Part shown: positions 54,362 through 62,996 of the stretch, in pieces
Position numbering within the stretch: position 1 is the first letter of the stretch
How the letters are laid out: every line of letters begins with the position of its first letter
NCBI GenBank assembly: GCA_011620215.1
Contig: WOZP01000044.1
Location: 1-62,996 of the forward strand
Origin: Rugosibacter sp.
GTDB lineage: Bacteria > Pseudomonadota > Gammaproteobacteria > Burkholderiales > Rhodocyclaceae
DNA: 62,996 nt
Direction of reading: 5' to 3'
Made by a program: the position numbers and the translations under genes
Notes under the pieces: generated by a model
Seen by the model: the letters and a program-made list of their open reading frames with translations, nothing else
The model's database searches: none
What the model was told of the DNA's origin: nothing

Positions 54362-54622
54362 ATGAAACAATCCCTACTGATCGCTGCAATGCTAGCTCTT
54401 GCTATCTCTGGTTGCGCTAAAAAAGAAGAAGCTGCTCCGGCTCCTGCCGCTGAAGCTGCCGCTCCTGCTCCTGCCGCTGCTGAAGCTGCTGCTCCTGCCG
54501 CTGCTGCTGCCGCCGCTCCTGCCGCTGCTGAAGCCGCCGCTCCTGCCGCTGCTGAAGCTGCTGCTCCTGCCGCTGCTGAAGCTGCTGCTCCTGCCGCTGC
54601 TGCCGATGCAGCGAAGAAGTAA
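54362..54622 (+). CDS. Small Ala/Pro/Glu-repeat lipoprotein
   Basis: Lipobox ISGC followed by tandem PAAAEAAA-type repeats; RBS AAGGA; own terminator. Confidence 0.85.
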   Translation: MKQSLLIAAMLALAISGCAKKEEAAPAPAAEAAAPAPAAAEAAAPAAAAAAAPAAAEAAAPAAAEAAAPAAAEAAAPAAAADAAKK

Positions 54623-54632
54623 TTTTCTTCTG

Positions 54633-54670
54633 CAATAAAAAAGCCAGCCTTCGGGCTGGCTTTTTTATTG
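54633..54670 (+). terminator. Intrinsic terminator after the lipoprotein gene
   Basis: CAATAAAAAAGCCAGCC-TTCG-GGCTGGCTTTTTTATTG. Confidence 0.9.
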
Positions 54671-54712
54671 CCTGTTTTTGCCTAGGGACAAGCCAAGGGG
54701 AAATTTCATGTA

Positions 54713-54752
54713 ACAAAACCCCCTTGGCTACCAAAGCACAAGGGGTTTTTGT
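54713..54752. terminator. Second hairpin, possible terminator for dapA-bamC
   Basis: ACAAAACCCCCTTG...CAAGGGGTTTTTGT imperfect inverted repeat. Confidence 0.5.
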
Positions 54753-54811
54753 AAAGTTGCGTGAGGCTACGCAGGCTATGTAGCGTTGCGAAGACTTGCT
54801 ATCGTCACGCG

Positions 54812-55954
54812 TCACTTCAACTGCTCATGCAGCAAGCCAATAATCCGTTTTGAAGTAGTCGAACTATCTACGCCACCCTCACGAGTCAGTAGCTGAACAA
54901 GGTTGGTATCACCTTCTCTTTTAACTTGAATACGATATTGCGCGGCCTGAACCGGCTTGTCCTTGTCTGCATCATGACTCTTCCAGAACATCATTTTGGA
55001 TAAAAAGCCAGGTTCATCTTTTTTCCTGTTATCCGCTTCCGGATCGACATAACGAACATAGTAAAGACCTTGTGAGCGATCGCGATCCTCTACAGTAAAT
55101 CCGATGCGATCCAGCGCCAACCCCACGCGCCGCCAGGCGCGATCAAACGGCTCTTCGAGCACCAAAGCCCCGCTACCATCGGCAGCACGCGAAAGCTTGG
55201 CGCGCTCGGGTGCTTGCTCAGCAGCAATAAGTGTCTTGGCACGCGCTTCTTGCGCGCCCAAACGTACCATCAGTCGACGCAGCATTTCAGCTTCCAGCTC
55301 AGGGTCAGCCGGACGTGGCTGCCAGCGGGTTTCCGTCTTCCCCTCTGAAATATAAACTTCAATCATCCCGCGATGACTGATATAAATCTCGGTAGTATCT
55401 GGCTCGGCACCTTTTTCCAAACGGGTGCGATATTTGTCGCGTTCGGCGGTTGAATAAACATCATCAAACACTTTGCCCAGTGTGCTACGAATAAAATCTT
55501 GCGGCAATTTGGCCCGATTCTCGGCCCAATCGGTCTCCATGATGCCGGCCTCAGGCAATTCAACATTGATGAGCAAGCCCATTTCCTGCCAAAACTCCTT
55601 CACCACAGGCCAGAGTTTTTCCGGACTGCCGGATACGACCAGCCAACGTTGCGTACCCGCCCGCTCGATCCGCATCTTGTCCACTTGCGGCAACACGTCG
55701 GTAGAAGGTTCGGCACGCGCCTCACTACGTTCGTTGGCATAGGCTGAATAGGTTGCAGGGCCTTTGCTGCCGGCCACATCAGGCACGACATAGCGCTCAT
55801 CGCGGCTAGGTTGAGTCAAATCGGGAGGAATCTCCAGCGATGGCAATTTCGCCTTGCCAGCTGATTTGTATTCGATCTTTTTGGTTTCGATCAGCGGGCC
55901 GCTACAGCCAGCCATCACACTGACCAGCAGCAGCAAGAGTAAGAGACGTTTCAT
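54812..55954 (-). CDS. bamC: Outer membrane protein assembly lipoprotein BamC (NlpB/DapX)
   Basis: Lipobox MAGC, LEIPPDL, METDWAENRA, FDRAWRRVGLALDR; follows dapA. Confidence 0.92.
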   Translation of the reverse strand: MKRLLLLLLLVSVMAGCSGPLIETKKIEYKSAGKAKLPSLEIPPDLTQPSRDERYVVPDVAGSKGPATYSAYANERSEARAEPSTDVLPQVDKMRIERAGTQRWLVVSGSPEKLWPVVKEFWQEMGLLINVELPEAGIMETDWAENRAKLPQDFIRSTLGKVFDDVYSTAERDKYRTRLEKGAEPDTTEIYISHRGMIEVYISEGKTETRWQPRPADPELEAEMLRRLMVRLGAQEARAKTLIAAEQAPERAKLSRAADGSGALVLEEPFDRAWRRVGLALDRIGFTVEDRDRSQGLYYVRYVDPEADNRKKDEPGFLSKMMFWKSHDADKDKPVQAAQYRIQVKREGDTNLVQLLTREGGVDSSTTSKRIIGLLHEQLK

Positions 55955-55971
55955 GAGTAGTTAAATCCAGA

Positions 55972-56880
55972 TTAAATGACGATATCCGCTGCACGCAAGG
56001 CAACACGCACACGCTCACAAGATGCTGCAGTAAGCGGCAGAAGGGGCAAACGCAAGGCGCCATCGATCAAACCCATTTGCTGTAGCGCCCACTTGGTCGG
56101 CGCCGGGCTGGGCTCAATAAACAGATCACGATGCAAATCCAGTAACTGAAAATTCAACGCACGCGCTGTAGGCAAATCACCTGCCTGCGCTGCCTGACAC
56201 ATGGCGTGCATTAACCGTGGGGCAACGTTGGCGGTAACTGAAATGGTACCCACCGCTCCCAACAGCATCAACGCCAGGGCAGTTGCATCATCTCCGCTAT
56301 AAACAACAAAACCTTCGGGCACACGACGCAACAAATCCGACCCGCGCTCGATGTCTCCCGTCGCATCCTTGATACCGATAATCCCCGGCACCTCTGCCAA
56401 GCGCAGCGCTGTTTCGTTCGACAAATCGGCTACGGTGCGGCCAGGCACGTTATATACAATCATGGGTAGCGCCACGGCCTCGGCAATCGCCTTGAAATGC
56501 TGAAACAGCCCTTCTTGCGTTGGCTTGTTGTAATAGGGCACGACAGAAAGATGCGCATCCACACCTGCTTGCTGCGCAAACTGCGCCAATTCAATTGCTT
56601 CGCGGGTGGCGTTCGCACCGGTTCCTGCAATGACCGGAACCCGCCCGGCCACGTGCTGCACCGTGGTTTCAATCAATAGGCAATGTTCGGCAAAATCAAC
56701 CGTCGGTGATTCGCCCGTCGTACCCACCACCACAATGCCGTCAGAGCCTGCGGCGATATGCCAGTCGAGTAACCGCCGCAAGGCAGGTATATCAAGGGAT
56801 CCGTCAGCCTGCATGGGGGTAATGATGGCGGGGATTGAACCCTTGATCGAGCCGTGAATATCCGCTTGTGTTGTCTTCAT
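55972..56880 (-). CDS. dapA: 4-hydroxy-tetrahydrodipicolinate synthase
   Basis: GTTGES, PYYNKP, YNVPGRT, GIKDATG, SGDD, SVTANV. Start set at MKTTQ. Confidence 0.96.
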   Translation of the reverse strand: MKTTQADIHGSIKGSIPAIITPMQADGSLDIPALRRLLDWHIAAGSDGIVVVGTTGESPTVDFAEHCLLIETTVQHVAGRVPVIAGTGANATREAIELAQFAQQAGVDAHLSVVPYYNKPTQEGLFQHFKAIAEAVALPMIVYNVPGRTVADLSNETALRLAEVPGIIGIKDATGDIERGSDLLRRVPEGFVVYSGDDATALALMLLGAVGTISVTANVAPRLMHAMCQAAQAGDLPTARALNFQLLDLHRDLFIEPSPAPTKWALQQMGLIDGALRLPLLPLTAASCERVRVALRAADIVI

Positions 56881-56972
56881 GAAAATAAGAAATGTAAGCA
56901 ATACACCAAAAAGGCAATTCTAACCGATGGCCATAGCCAAACGCGGCCATTCATATTCATTGAAACATCCAT

Positions 56973-57896
56973 TTACACATCAGCCAGCACGCGCAGATGG
57001 GCTGCCACGCTGCGCCCCAAAGCCGAAAGCGCATAGCCACCCTCGAGCATCGACACGATCCGCCCATGGGCTGTTGCCGCAGCCACTTGCTTGATCTGCG
57101 TTGTAACCCACGCGTAGTCATCCTCAACCAAACCTAGCGAAGCCATGTCATCTTCGCGATGCGCATCGAAGCCCGCCGAGATAAAAATCATTTCCGGCTG
57201 AAAATCATGCAGCCGGGGCAACCATATATCGGTAACGGCCTGACGAAAGCCCTCCCCCCGCGTACCTGCAGCCAAGGGCACATTGCACATATTGGCGGCG
57301 TGATGCTCCGTGCCGCTGTAGGGATAAAACGGATGCTGAAACGTGCCCACCATCAACACATTTTCATCATTCGAGAAAACCGCTTCGGTGCCATTGCCAT
57401 GATGCACATCAAAATCAACAATTGCCACCCGCGACAATGGCCAAGCGGCCAGCGCATGACGCGCGGCGACAGCAATGTTGTTAAAAAAACAAAACCCCAT
57501 CGCCTGACTCGGACCGGCATGATGCCCGGGCGGGCGCACGGCACAAAATGCATTATCCGCTTCTCCGCGCATGATGCGATCAACGGCATCACACCCCGCG
57601 CCCGCGGCACGCAACGCAGCATGCCACGTACCAGGCGACATCGCCGTATCCGGGTCGAGATGCACAAGGCCCTGCACCGGACTGTTTGCCTGCACGTACT
57701 CAATGTAATCCGCCGGATGCACGCGTTGCAATTGAGCCATGCTGGCTAATGGCGCGTCAAAAAACTCAAGGCTCACATCCAGCCTTGAGGCAATCAGCTG
57801 GTCATGAATGGCATCCAGCCGCGCCGGACATTCGGGGTGCCGAGCACCCATGTCATGCAGCTTGCAATCGCGGTGGGAAATGAAAGCGGTTGTCAT
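56973..57896 (-). CDS. Histone-deacetylase-family (acetylpolyamine amidohydrolase-like) protein
   Basis: HPECPARL, RPPGHHA, GFC.FNN, DFDVHHGNGT, SAGFD, LEGGY. Confidence 0.93.
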   Translation of the reverse strand: MTTAFISHRDCKLHDMGARHPECPARLDAIHDQLIASRLDVSLEFFDAPLASMAQLQRVHPADYIEYVQANSPVQGLVHLDPDTAMSPGTWHAALRAAGAGCDAVDRIMRGEADNAFCAVRPPGHHAGPSQAMGFCFFNNIAVAARHALAAWPLSRVAIVDFDVHHGNGTEAVFSNDENVLMVGTFQHPFYPYSGTEHHAANMCNVPLAAGTRGEGFRQAVTDIWLPRLHDFQPEMIFISAGFDAHREDDMASLGLVEDDYAWVTTQIKQVAAATAHGRIVSMLEGGYALSALGRSVAAHLRVLADV

Positions 57897-57982
57897 AAAA
57901 GGATAGGTAGCCTGATGACTTACAATCGAGACGATAAGTTCCCGCTATTATTGCTCATCCCCTTCATTCTCTCCCTCACCTT

Positions 57983-58915
57983 ATGCAACCCAGCGAACAT
58001 CATTTGCTTTTAACCCAGCTACTGACTGACATTAACCGCATTATTCTTGGTAAAAAAGAACCCGTCCGCATGGCGTTGGCCTGTTTGCTTGCTGGTGGTC
58101 ACTTGCTGGTCGAAGACTTGCCCGGTGTCGGTAAAACAACGCTGGCGCATGTGCTGGCGCGAGTACTGGGGCTCGACTTGCAAAGGATCCAGTTCACCAG
58201 TGACATGCTACCCGCCGACATTATCGGCGTCTCGGTGTTTGATCGGGCCAGTGGGGCATTTCATTTTCACCCCGGCCCGATTTTCACGCAGATGGTGCTG
58301 GCCGACGAACTCAACCGCGCCACACCCAAAGCACAAAGCGCGCTGCTCGAAGCCATGGAAGAACGGCAAGTCACCATCGAAGGAGCAACGCGCGCGTTGC
58401 CCGCGCCTTTTTTTGTCATTGCCACGCAAAACCCGGCGTTTCAAATCGGCACCTTTCCCCTGCCTGAGTCACAACTCGATCGTTTCCTGCTCAAGATTGA
58501 ACTGGGTTATCCCGATGCCGCCGCCGAGCGTGAACTCCTCGCGGGAGCGGACCGCCGCCAGATGGTGGCCGAACTCACCCCGCGCCTTTTGCCGCCCCAA
58601 TTGCTCGAATTACAGCAAAAAACGCGCAGCGTACACGCCTCGCCCGCGCTGATAGCCTACATTCAGGCACTGGCCGCCTTCACGCGCAGCTCGCCGTTAT
58701 GGGTAGCCGGTTTATCCCCGCGAGCAGGCCTCGCTCTGCTCGCCGTTGCCCGTGCCTGGGCGCTGCTTGATGGCCGCGATCACGTGCTGCCGGAAGACGT
58801 TCAAGCAGTGCTCCCTGGCGTTATCGCGCACCGACTGCGCTTTCACGATGACACCAGAAAAGTCGGCGCTGGTGAGACGGCGAACCGGCTTATCGAGGCC
58901 GTGCCACTGCCCTGA
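57983..58915 (+). CDS. MoxR-family AAA+ ATPase
   Basis: PGVGKT Walker A, ADELNR, QSALLEAM, ATQNP, LPESQLDRF, SPR. Confidence 0.94.
   Translation: MQPSEHHLLLTQLLTDINRIILGKKEPVRMALACLLAGGHLLVEDLPGVGKTTLAHVLARVLGLDLQRIQFTSDMLPADIIGVSVFDRASGAFHFHPGPIFTQMVLADELNRATPKAQSALLEAMEERQVTIEGATRALPAPFFVIATQNPAFQIGTFPLPESQLDRFLLKIELGYPDAAAERELLAGADRRQMVAELTPRLLPPQLLELQQKTRSVHASPALIAYIQALAAFTRSSPLWVAGLSPRAGLALLAVARAWALLDGRDHVLPEDVQAVLPGVIAHRLRFHDDTRKVGAGETANRLIEAVPLP
58859..58882 (+). repeat. Dispersed 24-bp motif, copy 9 (inside the MoxR gene, encodes KVGAGETA)
   Basis: AAAGTCGGCGCTGGTGAGACGGCG. Confidence 0.9.
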
Positions 58916-58917
58916 CG

Positions 58918-59928
58918 ATGTGGCACTGGCTGCATCGGCTGCAACGCTTGCTACACGAGCACTTTGTGCGCTGGGCACTGCGCGTGCCAACGCCCGAGCC
59001 CACACCCATCACGCTGGTTCAACGGCGGGTGTATGTGCTGCCCACACGCGTTGGTCTGGCTTTTGCCGTTGCTCTCATCACCATTTTTCTGGGTGCCGTG
59101 AATTACAACCTGAGCCTGGGCCATGCGCTGGTTTTCTGGCTGGCCGGGCTGGGTATTGTGACGATCTTGCATACCTTTCGTAATCTCGTGCAGCTCACCC
59201 TGCGACCAGGGCGCTGCCCGCCGGTATTTGCGGGCGATCTGGCCAGCTTTGATCTGCTGCTGGAAAACACCCGGCGCGATGCGCGCATCAACTTGCAGCT
59301 GTCATTCGCGGGTGAAGCACCTGTCGAGATTGACCTTCCCGCACACACCACCAACACCGCCACGCTCACCCTGCCAACCACCCAGCGTGGCTGGCTGGCC
59401 CTGCCCCGAGTAACCATAGCAACTACCTGGCCGCTGGGTCTGGTGCGTGCGTGGAGCTATATCGCGCCGGATATGCGCTGCCTGGTTTACCCCGCGCCTG
59501 CACGCAACGCACCACCGCTGCCCTGGAGCGGCGAAGCATTTCAGGGCGCAAGCAATGTCGGTCAAGGTGCGGATGATTTTGCCGGCCTGCGCCATCACCA
59601 GCTGACTGACCCGCCGCGTCACGTCGCGTGGAAAGCCGCTGCACGGCAAGACGACGGAAAACTGCAAACCAAACTCTTTAGCGGCCAGTCGGCGCAAGAG
59701 CTCTGGCTAGACTGGGAGGCCGCACCCAGCACCCTCACCACCGAGCAGCGCATCGCGTGCCTTACCCGCTGGTTGCTGGATGCCGATACCGCTGGCCTGC
59801 ACTGGGGTTTACGCCTGCCCACGCTGCGCCTCGCCCCCGCGCAAGGTGCCGCGCATCGTGCCGCCGGATTACAAACCTTGGCTTTATACGCATTGCCTCC
59901 AGTGACAACAAACCATGGCACGTCTTGA
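58918..59928 (+). CDS. DUF58-family protein
   Basis: VYVLPT, two TM segments, TWPLGL, DDFAGLR, DPPRHVAWK; MoxR-DUF58-TgpA synteny. Confidence 0.88.
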   Translation: MWHWLHRLQRLLHEHFVRWALRVPTPEPTPITLVQRRVYVLPTRVGLAFAVALITIFLGAVNYNLSLGHALVFWLAGLGIVTILHTFRNLVQLTLRPGRCPPVFAGDLASFDLLLENTRRDARINLQLSFAGEAPVEIDLPAHTTNTATLTLPTTQRGWLALPRVTIATTWPLGLVRAWSYIAPDMRCLVYPAPARNAPPLPWSGEAFQGASNVGQGADDFAGLRHHQLTDPPRHVAWKAAARQDDGKLQTKLFSGQSAQELWLDWEAAPSTLTTEQRIACLTRWLLDADTAGLHWGLRLPTLRLAPAQGAAHRAAGLQTLALYALPPVTTNHGTS

Positions 59929-61885
59929 CCGCCCGGTAAGCCGCCGCCAAAGCCAGTGGCTTCTGCTGGCTGCTGTCACCGCGTTTGCTCCCTTGGCCAC
60001 GCATATGCCGGTGTGGCTGGCCGTATTCGCTGGTGCGGCCTTTGTCTGGCGTGGCTGGATCATTCAACGCGGTGGACGCTTACCGCCGCGTTGGCTGCTC
60101 GTGTTATTGGTCATCGCCGGTTCGCTGGGTGTCTTTTTTGAATATCGCAGCCTGTTTGGCCGCACGCCGGGCATTGCGCTGCTGCTGATTTTTCTCTCGC
60201 TCAAGCTCATGGAACTCCGCGCCCCACGCGATGCAGTAGTGACCGTGTTGCTGTGTTACTTTTTAATCCTCGGGCAGTTTTTATTTACCCAAACGATCCT
60301 CACCGCCTGCGTCACCTGCCTTGCCGTTGTCATTACCACCGCCGCCTTGCTCGCGGCCAATAATGATCGGCCAACCATCAAGCAACAATTCGAGCACGCA
60401 GGTCGCCTGCTGTTGCAAGCGCTGCCCTTCATGCTGTTGCTGTTTGTTCTTTTCCCTCGCGTGAACGGCCCGTTGTGGGGCCTGCCCGAAGACCGCCGCA
60501 CAGCGCTTTCCGGGCTCACCGATGCCATGGCGCCGGGCACCATTGCACAGCTTTCACAGTCAGACGCCATTGCTTTTCGCGTCGCGTTTACCGGCGCATT
60601 TAAAGGTATAGCCCCCGCGCAATCCAGCCTGTATTGGCGCGGCCTGGTGATGCCTGATTTTGATGGACGCACCTGGCGCGTCTCACAAACCCGTGAGGCC
60701 TACACCACCCCGCCGTATGCTGAAGAAAGCAGGCATAGCAAGCCAATCGACTATGAACTCACCCTCGAGCCGCACGGCAAACGCTGGCTCTTCGCACTGG
60801 AATCCCCCACCACGCTGCCTGCGGAAAGCGGCCTTACCCGCGACTATCAATTGTTATCCCGGCAACCTGTGCGCAGCCGCATGCGCTACACGCAGCGCGC
60901 CGTGCCGGATATCCAAAAAGGCCTGACCGACCCGCCAGAGGTTTTGCAAGAGTCTCTAGCCTTGCCCAAAAACAGCAACCCGCGCACCCGAGCCATAGCG
61001 ATCAGCTGGAGGCAACGTCATGGCGACAATGACGCTGCCATTTTGCAAGCAGCCGAAGATTTTTTTAGTCGCCAGCTGTTGCGCTACACCCTCAACCCGC
61101 CCCTTACCGGCAGCGATAGTGTCGATGAATTCTTGTTCGACAACAAACGGGGCTTTTGCGAGCACTTTGCTTCTGCCTTTGCCTTTGCCCTGCGTGCCGC
61201 CGGTGTCCCCGCGCGCGTCGTGGCCGGGTATCAAGGCGGTGAGATCAACCCCGTCGACGGGTTTCTGGTCGTGCGCCAATATGACGCCCACGCCTGGACG
61301 GAAGTATGGCTGTCCAAACAGGGCTGGGTGCGCGTAGACCCGACCGCCATTGCCGCACCACGGCGCATTGACAGCAGCCTGGCCACCGCCATCCCGGCAA
61401 ATGAAACCCTGCCTTTTTTAGCGCGCAATGACATGGCCTGGCTCAAGGCCATTCGTTACCAGATCGACGCCGTCACCAACGGCTGGAACCAATGGGTGCT
61501 GGGGTATGACCCGCAACGTCAGCGCGATTTATTAACGCGCCTCGGGCTGGATGCCGATTGGCGCAACATGACAGCTCTCTTGACTATCCTCTGCGGCGCG
61601 TCCTTGCTGCTGCTTACCGGCTGGGTGCTGCGCCAGCGCGAGCGTATCGATCCCGTCCGCCGTGCCTGGCAGCGCTTTACCGCCAAACTCGCCAAGCGCG
61701 GCATTGTTTGGCAGCCGTGGGAAGGGCCAGACACCCTGGCTGCACGCGCGGCTAGCCAACTCCCCGCGCACGCGACAAAAATTCACGCCATCGCCCGCAG
61801 TTACGCCCGCCTGCGCTATGCTGCCCACCCGCCCAGCAAGGGCTTGGTCGAACTCAATCAATCCATCCGCGACTTGTCACTATGA
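59915..61885 (+). CDS. TgpA-like transglutaminase-domain membrane protein
   Basis: N-terminal TM domain, YWRG, GFCEHFA, PARVVAGYQGG, AHAW.E, DPT. Confidence 0.92.
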   Translation: MARLDRPVSRRQSQWLLLAAVTAFAPLATHMPVWLAVFAGAAFVWRGWIIQRGGRLPPRWLLVLLVIAGSLGVFFEYRSLFGRTPGIALLLIFLSLKLMELRAPRDAVVTVLLCYFLILGQFLFTQTILTACVTCLAVVITTAALLAANNDRPTIKQQFEHAGRLLLQALPFMLLLFVLFPRVNGPLWGLPEDRRTALSGLTDAMAPGTIAQLSQSDAIAFRVAFTGAFKGIAPAQSSLYWRGLVMPDFDGRTWRVSQTREAYTTPPYAEESRHSKPIDYELTLEPHGKRWLFALESPTTLPAESGLTRDYQLLSRQPVRSRMRYTQRAVPDIQKGLTDPPEVLQESLALPKNSNPRTRAIAISWRQRHGDNDAAILQAAEDFFSRQLLRYTLNPPLTGSDSVDEFLFDNKRGFCEHFASAFAFALRAAGVPARVVAGYQGGEINPVDGFLVVRQYDAHAWTEVWLSKQGWVRVDPTAIAAPRRIDSSLATAIPANETLPFLARNDMAWLKAIRYQIDAVTNGWNQWVLGYDPQRQRDLLTRLGLDADWRNMTALLTILCGASLLLLTGWVLRQRERIDPVRRAWQRFTAKLAKRGIVWQPWEGPDTLAARAASQLPAHATKIHAIARSYARLRYAAHPPSKGLVELNQSIRDLSL

Positions 61886-62943
61886 AATTGAACTACGTGA
61901 AATACCTTTTCCTGCTCTGCCTGTTCTTGACGTTACCTGCGCAGAGTCAAACCAATCACCAAGCCAACAGCTATGCCGAGCGTGAGGATGTCAAAGCATT
62001 CATTGACCAGATGGTCACCGAATACAGTTATGACCGCATGACACTCGATGCACTGTTTCGCGTCACCCAACCCATCGCTTCGGTGTTAAAAGCCATCCGC
62101 CCGCCCGCCGACCCAGGCATCCGTTCATGGCACGCCTACCGCAGCCGCTTTGTCGAGCCCACGCGCATCGCCGCCGGCAAACAATTCATGCAGCGTTACG
62201 CCAGCGAACTGGCTGCCGCGCAAACACGCTTTGGCGTGCCCGCTGAAATCATCACCGCGATCATTGGCATCGAAACGATTTATGGCAAGCACATGGGCAA
62301 CTACACCACCTTTGCCGCCCTCACCACACTGGCTTTTGACTACCCGCCGCGCGCTGAACTCTTCCGCCGCGAGCTGGCCGAATTGCTCCTGCTGGCCAGG
62401 GAAGAAAACCGCCCGATATTGAGTTATACCGGCTCCTATGCAGGCGCCATGGGTTGGCCACAGTTCATGCCATCGTCCATGCGCCAATACGCGCTGGATT
62501 TCGACAACGACGGCAGGATTGATCTCGCCGCCAGCCCCGTGGATGCGATTGGCAGCGCGGCGAATTTTCTGGCCAAACATGGCTGGCAAACGGGCGGCCC
62601 GATTGCTGAAACAATCACCATCAGTGGCGACGGTATTCAAGCCTTGATTGATGAAGGCATCAAGCCGCAACGCCTGCCCCGCGAATTCTCTGCACAGCAG
62701 GTAGAGATACAAAAAGTCGGACAAAAAGTCGGCCAAAAAGTCGGCGATGGTGATACGGCGGCAAATCATCAATTCAGCGACCAACCCGCCGCCTTGATCG
62801 ACCTCATCACCCCCGACGCGCCCACCGAATACCGCCTGGGCTACCAAAACTTCTATGTCATCACCCGCTACAACCGCAGCAGCTTCTACGCCGCTGCGGT
62901 GATGGATCTGGCTGAGGCGTTGAAAGACTCAGCCATTGACTAA
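61882..62943 (+). CDS. mltB: Lytic murein transglycosylase B
   Basis: IIGIET.YG, TLAFDYP.R, GSYAGAMG.PQFMPSS, NFYVITRYNRS..YA. Confidence 0.94.
   Translation: MKLNYVKYLFLLCLFLTLPAQSQTNHQANSYAEREDVKAFIDQMVTEYSYDRMTLDALFRVTQPIASVLKAIRPPADPGIRSWHAYRSRFVEPTRIAAGKQFMQRYASELAAAQTRFGVPAEIITAIIGIETIYGKHMGNYTTFAALTTLAFDYPPRAELFRRELAELLLLAREENRPILSYTGSYAGAMGWPQFMPSSMRQYALDFDNDGRIDLAASPVDAIGSAANFLAKHGWQTGGPIAETITISGDGIQALIDEGIKPQRLPREFSAQQVEIQKVGQKVGQKVGDGDTAANHQFSDQPAALIDLITPDAPTEYRLGYQNFYVITRYNRSSFYAAAVMDLAEALKDSAID
62710..62760 (+). repeat. Dispersed 24-bp motif, copy 10 (62737-62760), whose left arm is part of a 12-bp unit tandemly present three times, inside mltB
   Basis: CAAAAAGTCGGA CAAAAAGTCGGC CAAAAAGTCGGC GATGGTGATACGGCG = QKVGQKVGQKVGDGDTA. 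Confidence 0.9.
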
Positions 62944-62996
62944 TAAAGAAGCCACCGCCCGCATCAAGATCAACAAGCTGCTCGAAACGGCTGGCT

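Noticed and set aside
54399-54815. Leu/Pro-rich and Gln-rich ORFs (54399..54638 +, 54417..54815 -)
   Set aside because: They are alternative frames of the lipoprotein's GCT/GCC repeats.
57983-61885. MoxR-DUF58-transglutaminase trio as a novel system
   Set aside because: It is a widespread, already described arrangement in proteobacteria.

Overview
A mostly core-genome stretch of a betaproteobacterium. The Rhodocyclales/Sterolibacteriaceae-like placement is inferred from gene order and protein character, not from a search. Gene blocks in order: dut-coaBC / radC-rpmB-rpmG; desaturase and Rieske genes; xseB-ispA-dxs-folE2; rpsP-rimM-trmD-rplS; pyrF; wrbA; ilvBNC-psd-pssA-leuA; an ECF sigma cluster; lptFG / pepA-holC; rnr; tRNA-Leu; a glycine riboswitch with gcvTHP; dsbAB; ppx / ppk1; queD; tRNA-Ser; a ~7 kb accessory catabolic-looking cluster; rlmD; a cupin; dapA-bamC; and moxR-DUF58-tgpA-mltB. 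Mobile traces are the left end of an IS3-family element at the left edge and a 110-bp IS5-like MITE. The most striking unexplained signal is a non-palindromic 24-bp motif, consensus AAAGTCGGCG(C)TGGYRABRCGGYG, found by eye 10 times plus one degenerate copy (about 1 per 6 kb). Seven of the 10 lie inside unrelated housekeeping genes, all on the coding strand and in two reading frames (a third frame for the degenerate copy). It behaves like an undescribed DNA-uptake-sequence-like or chromosome-wide protein-binding signal.
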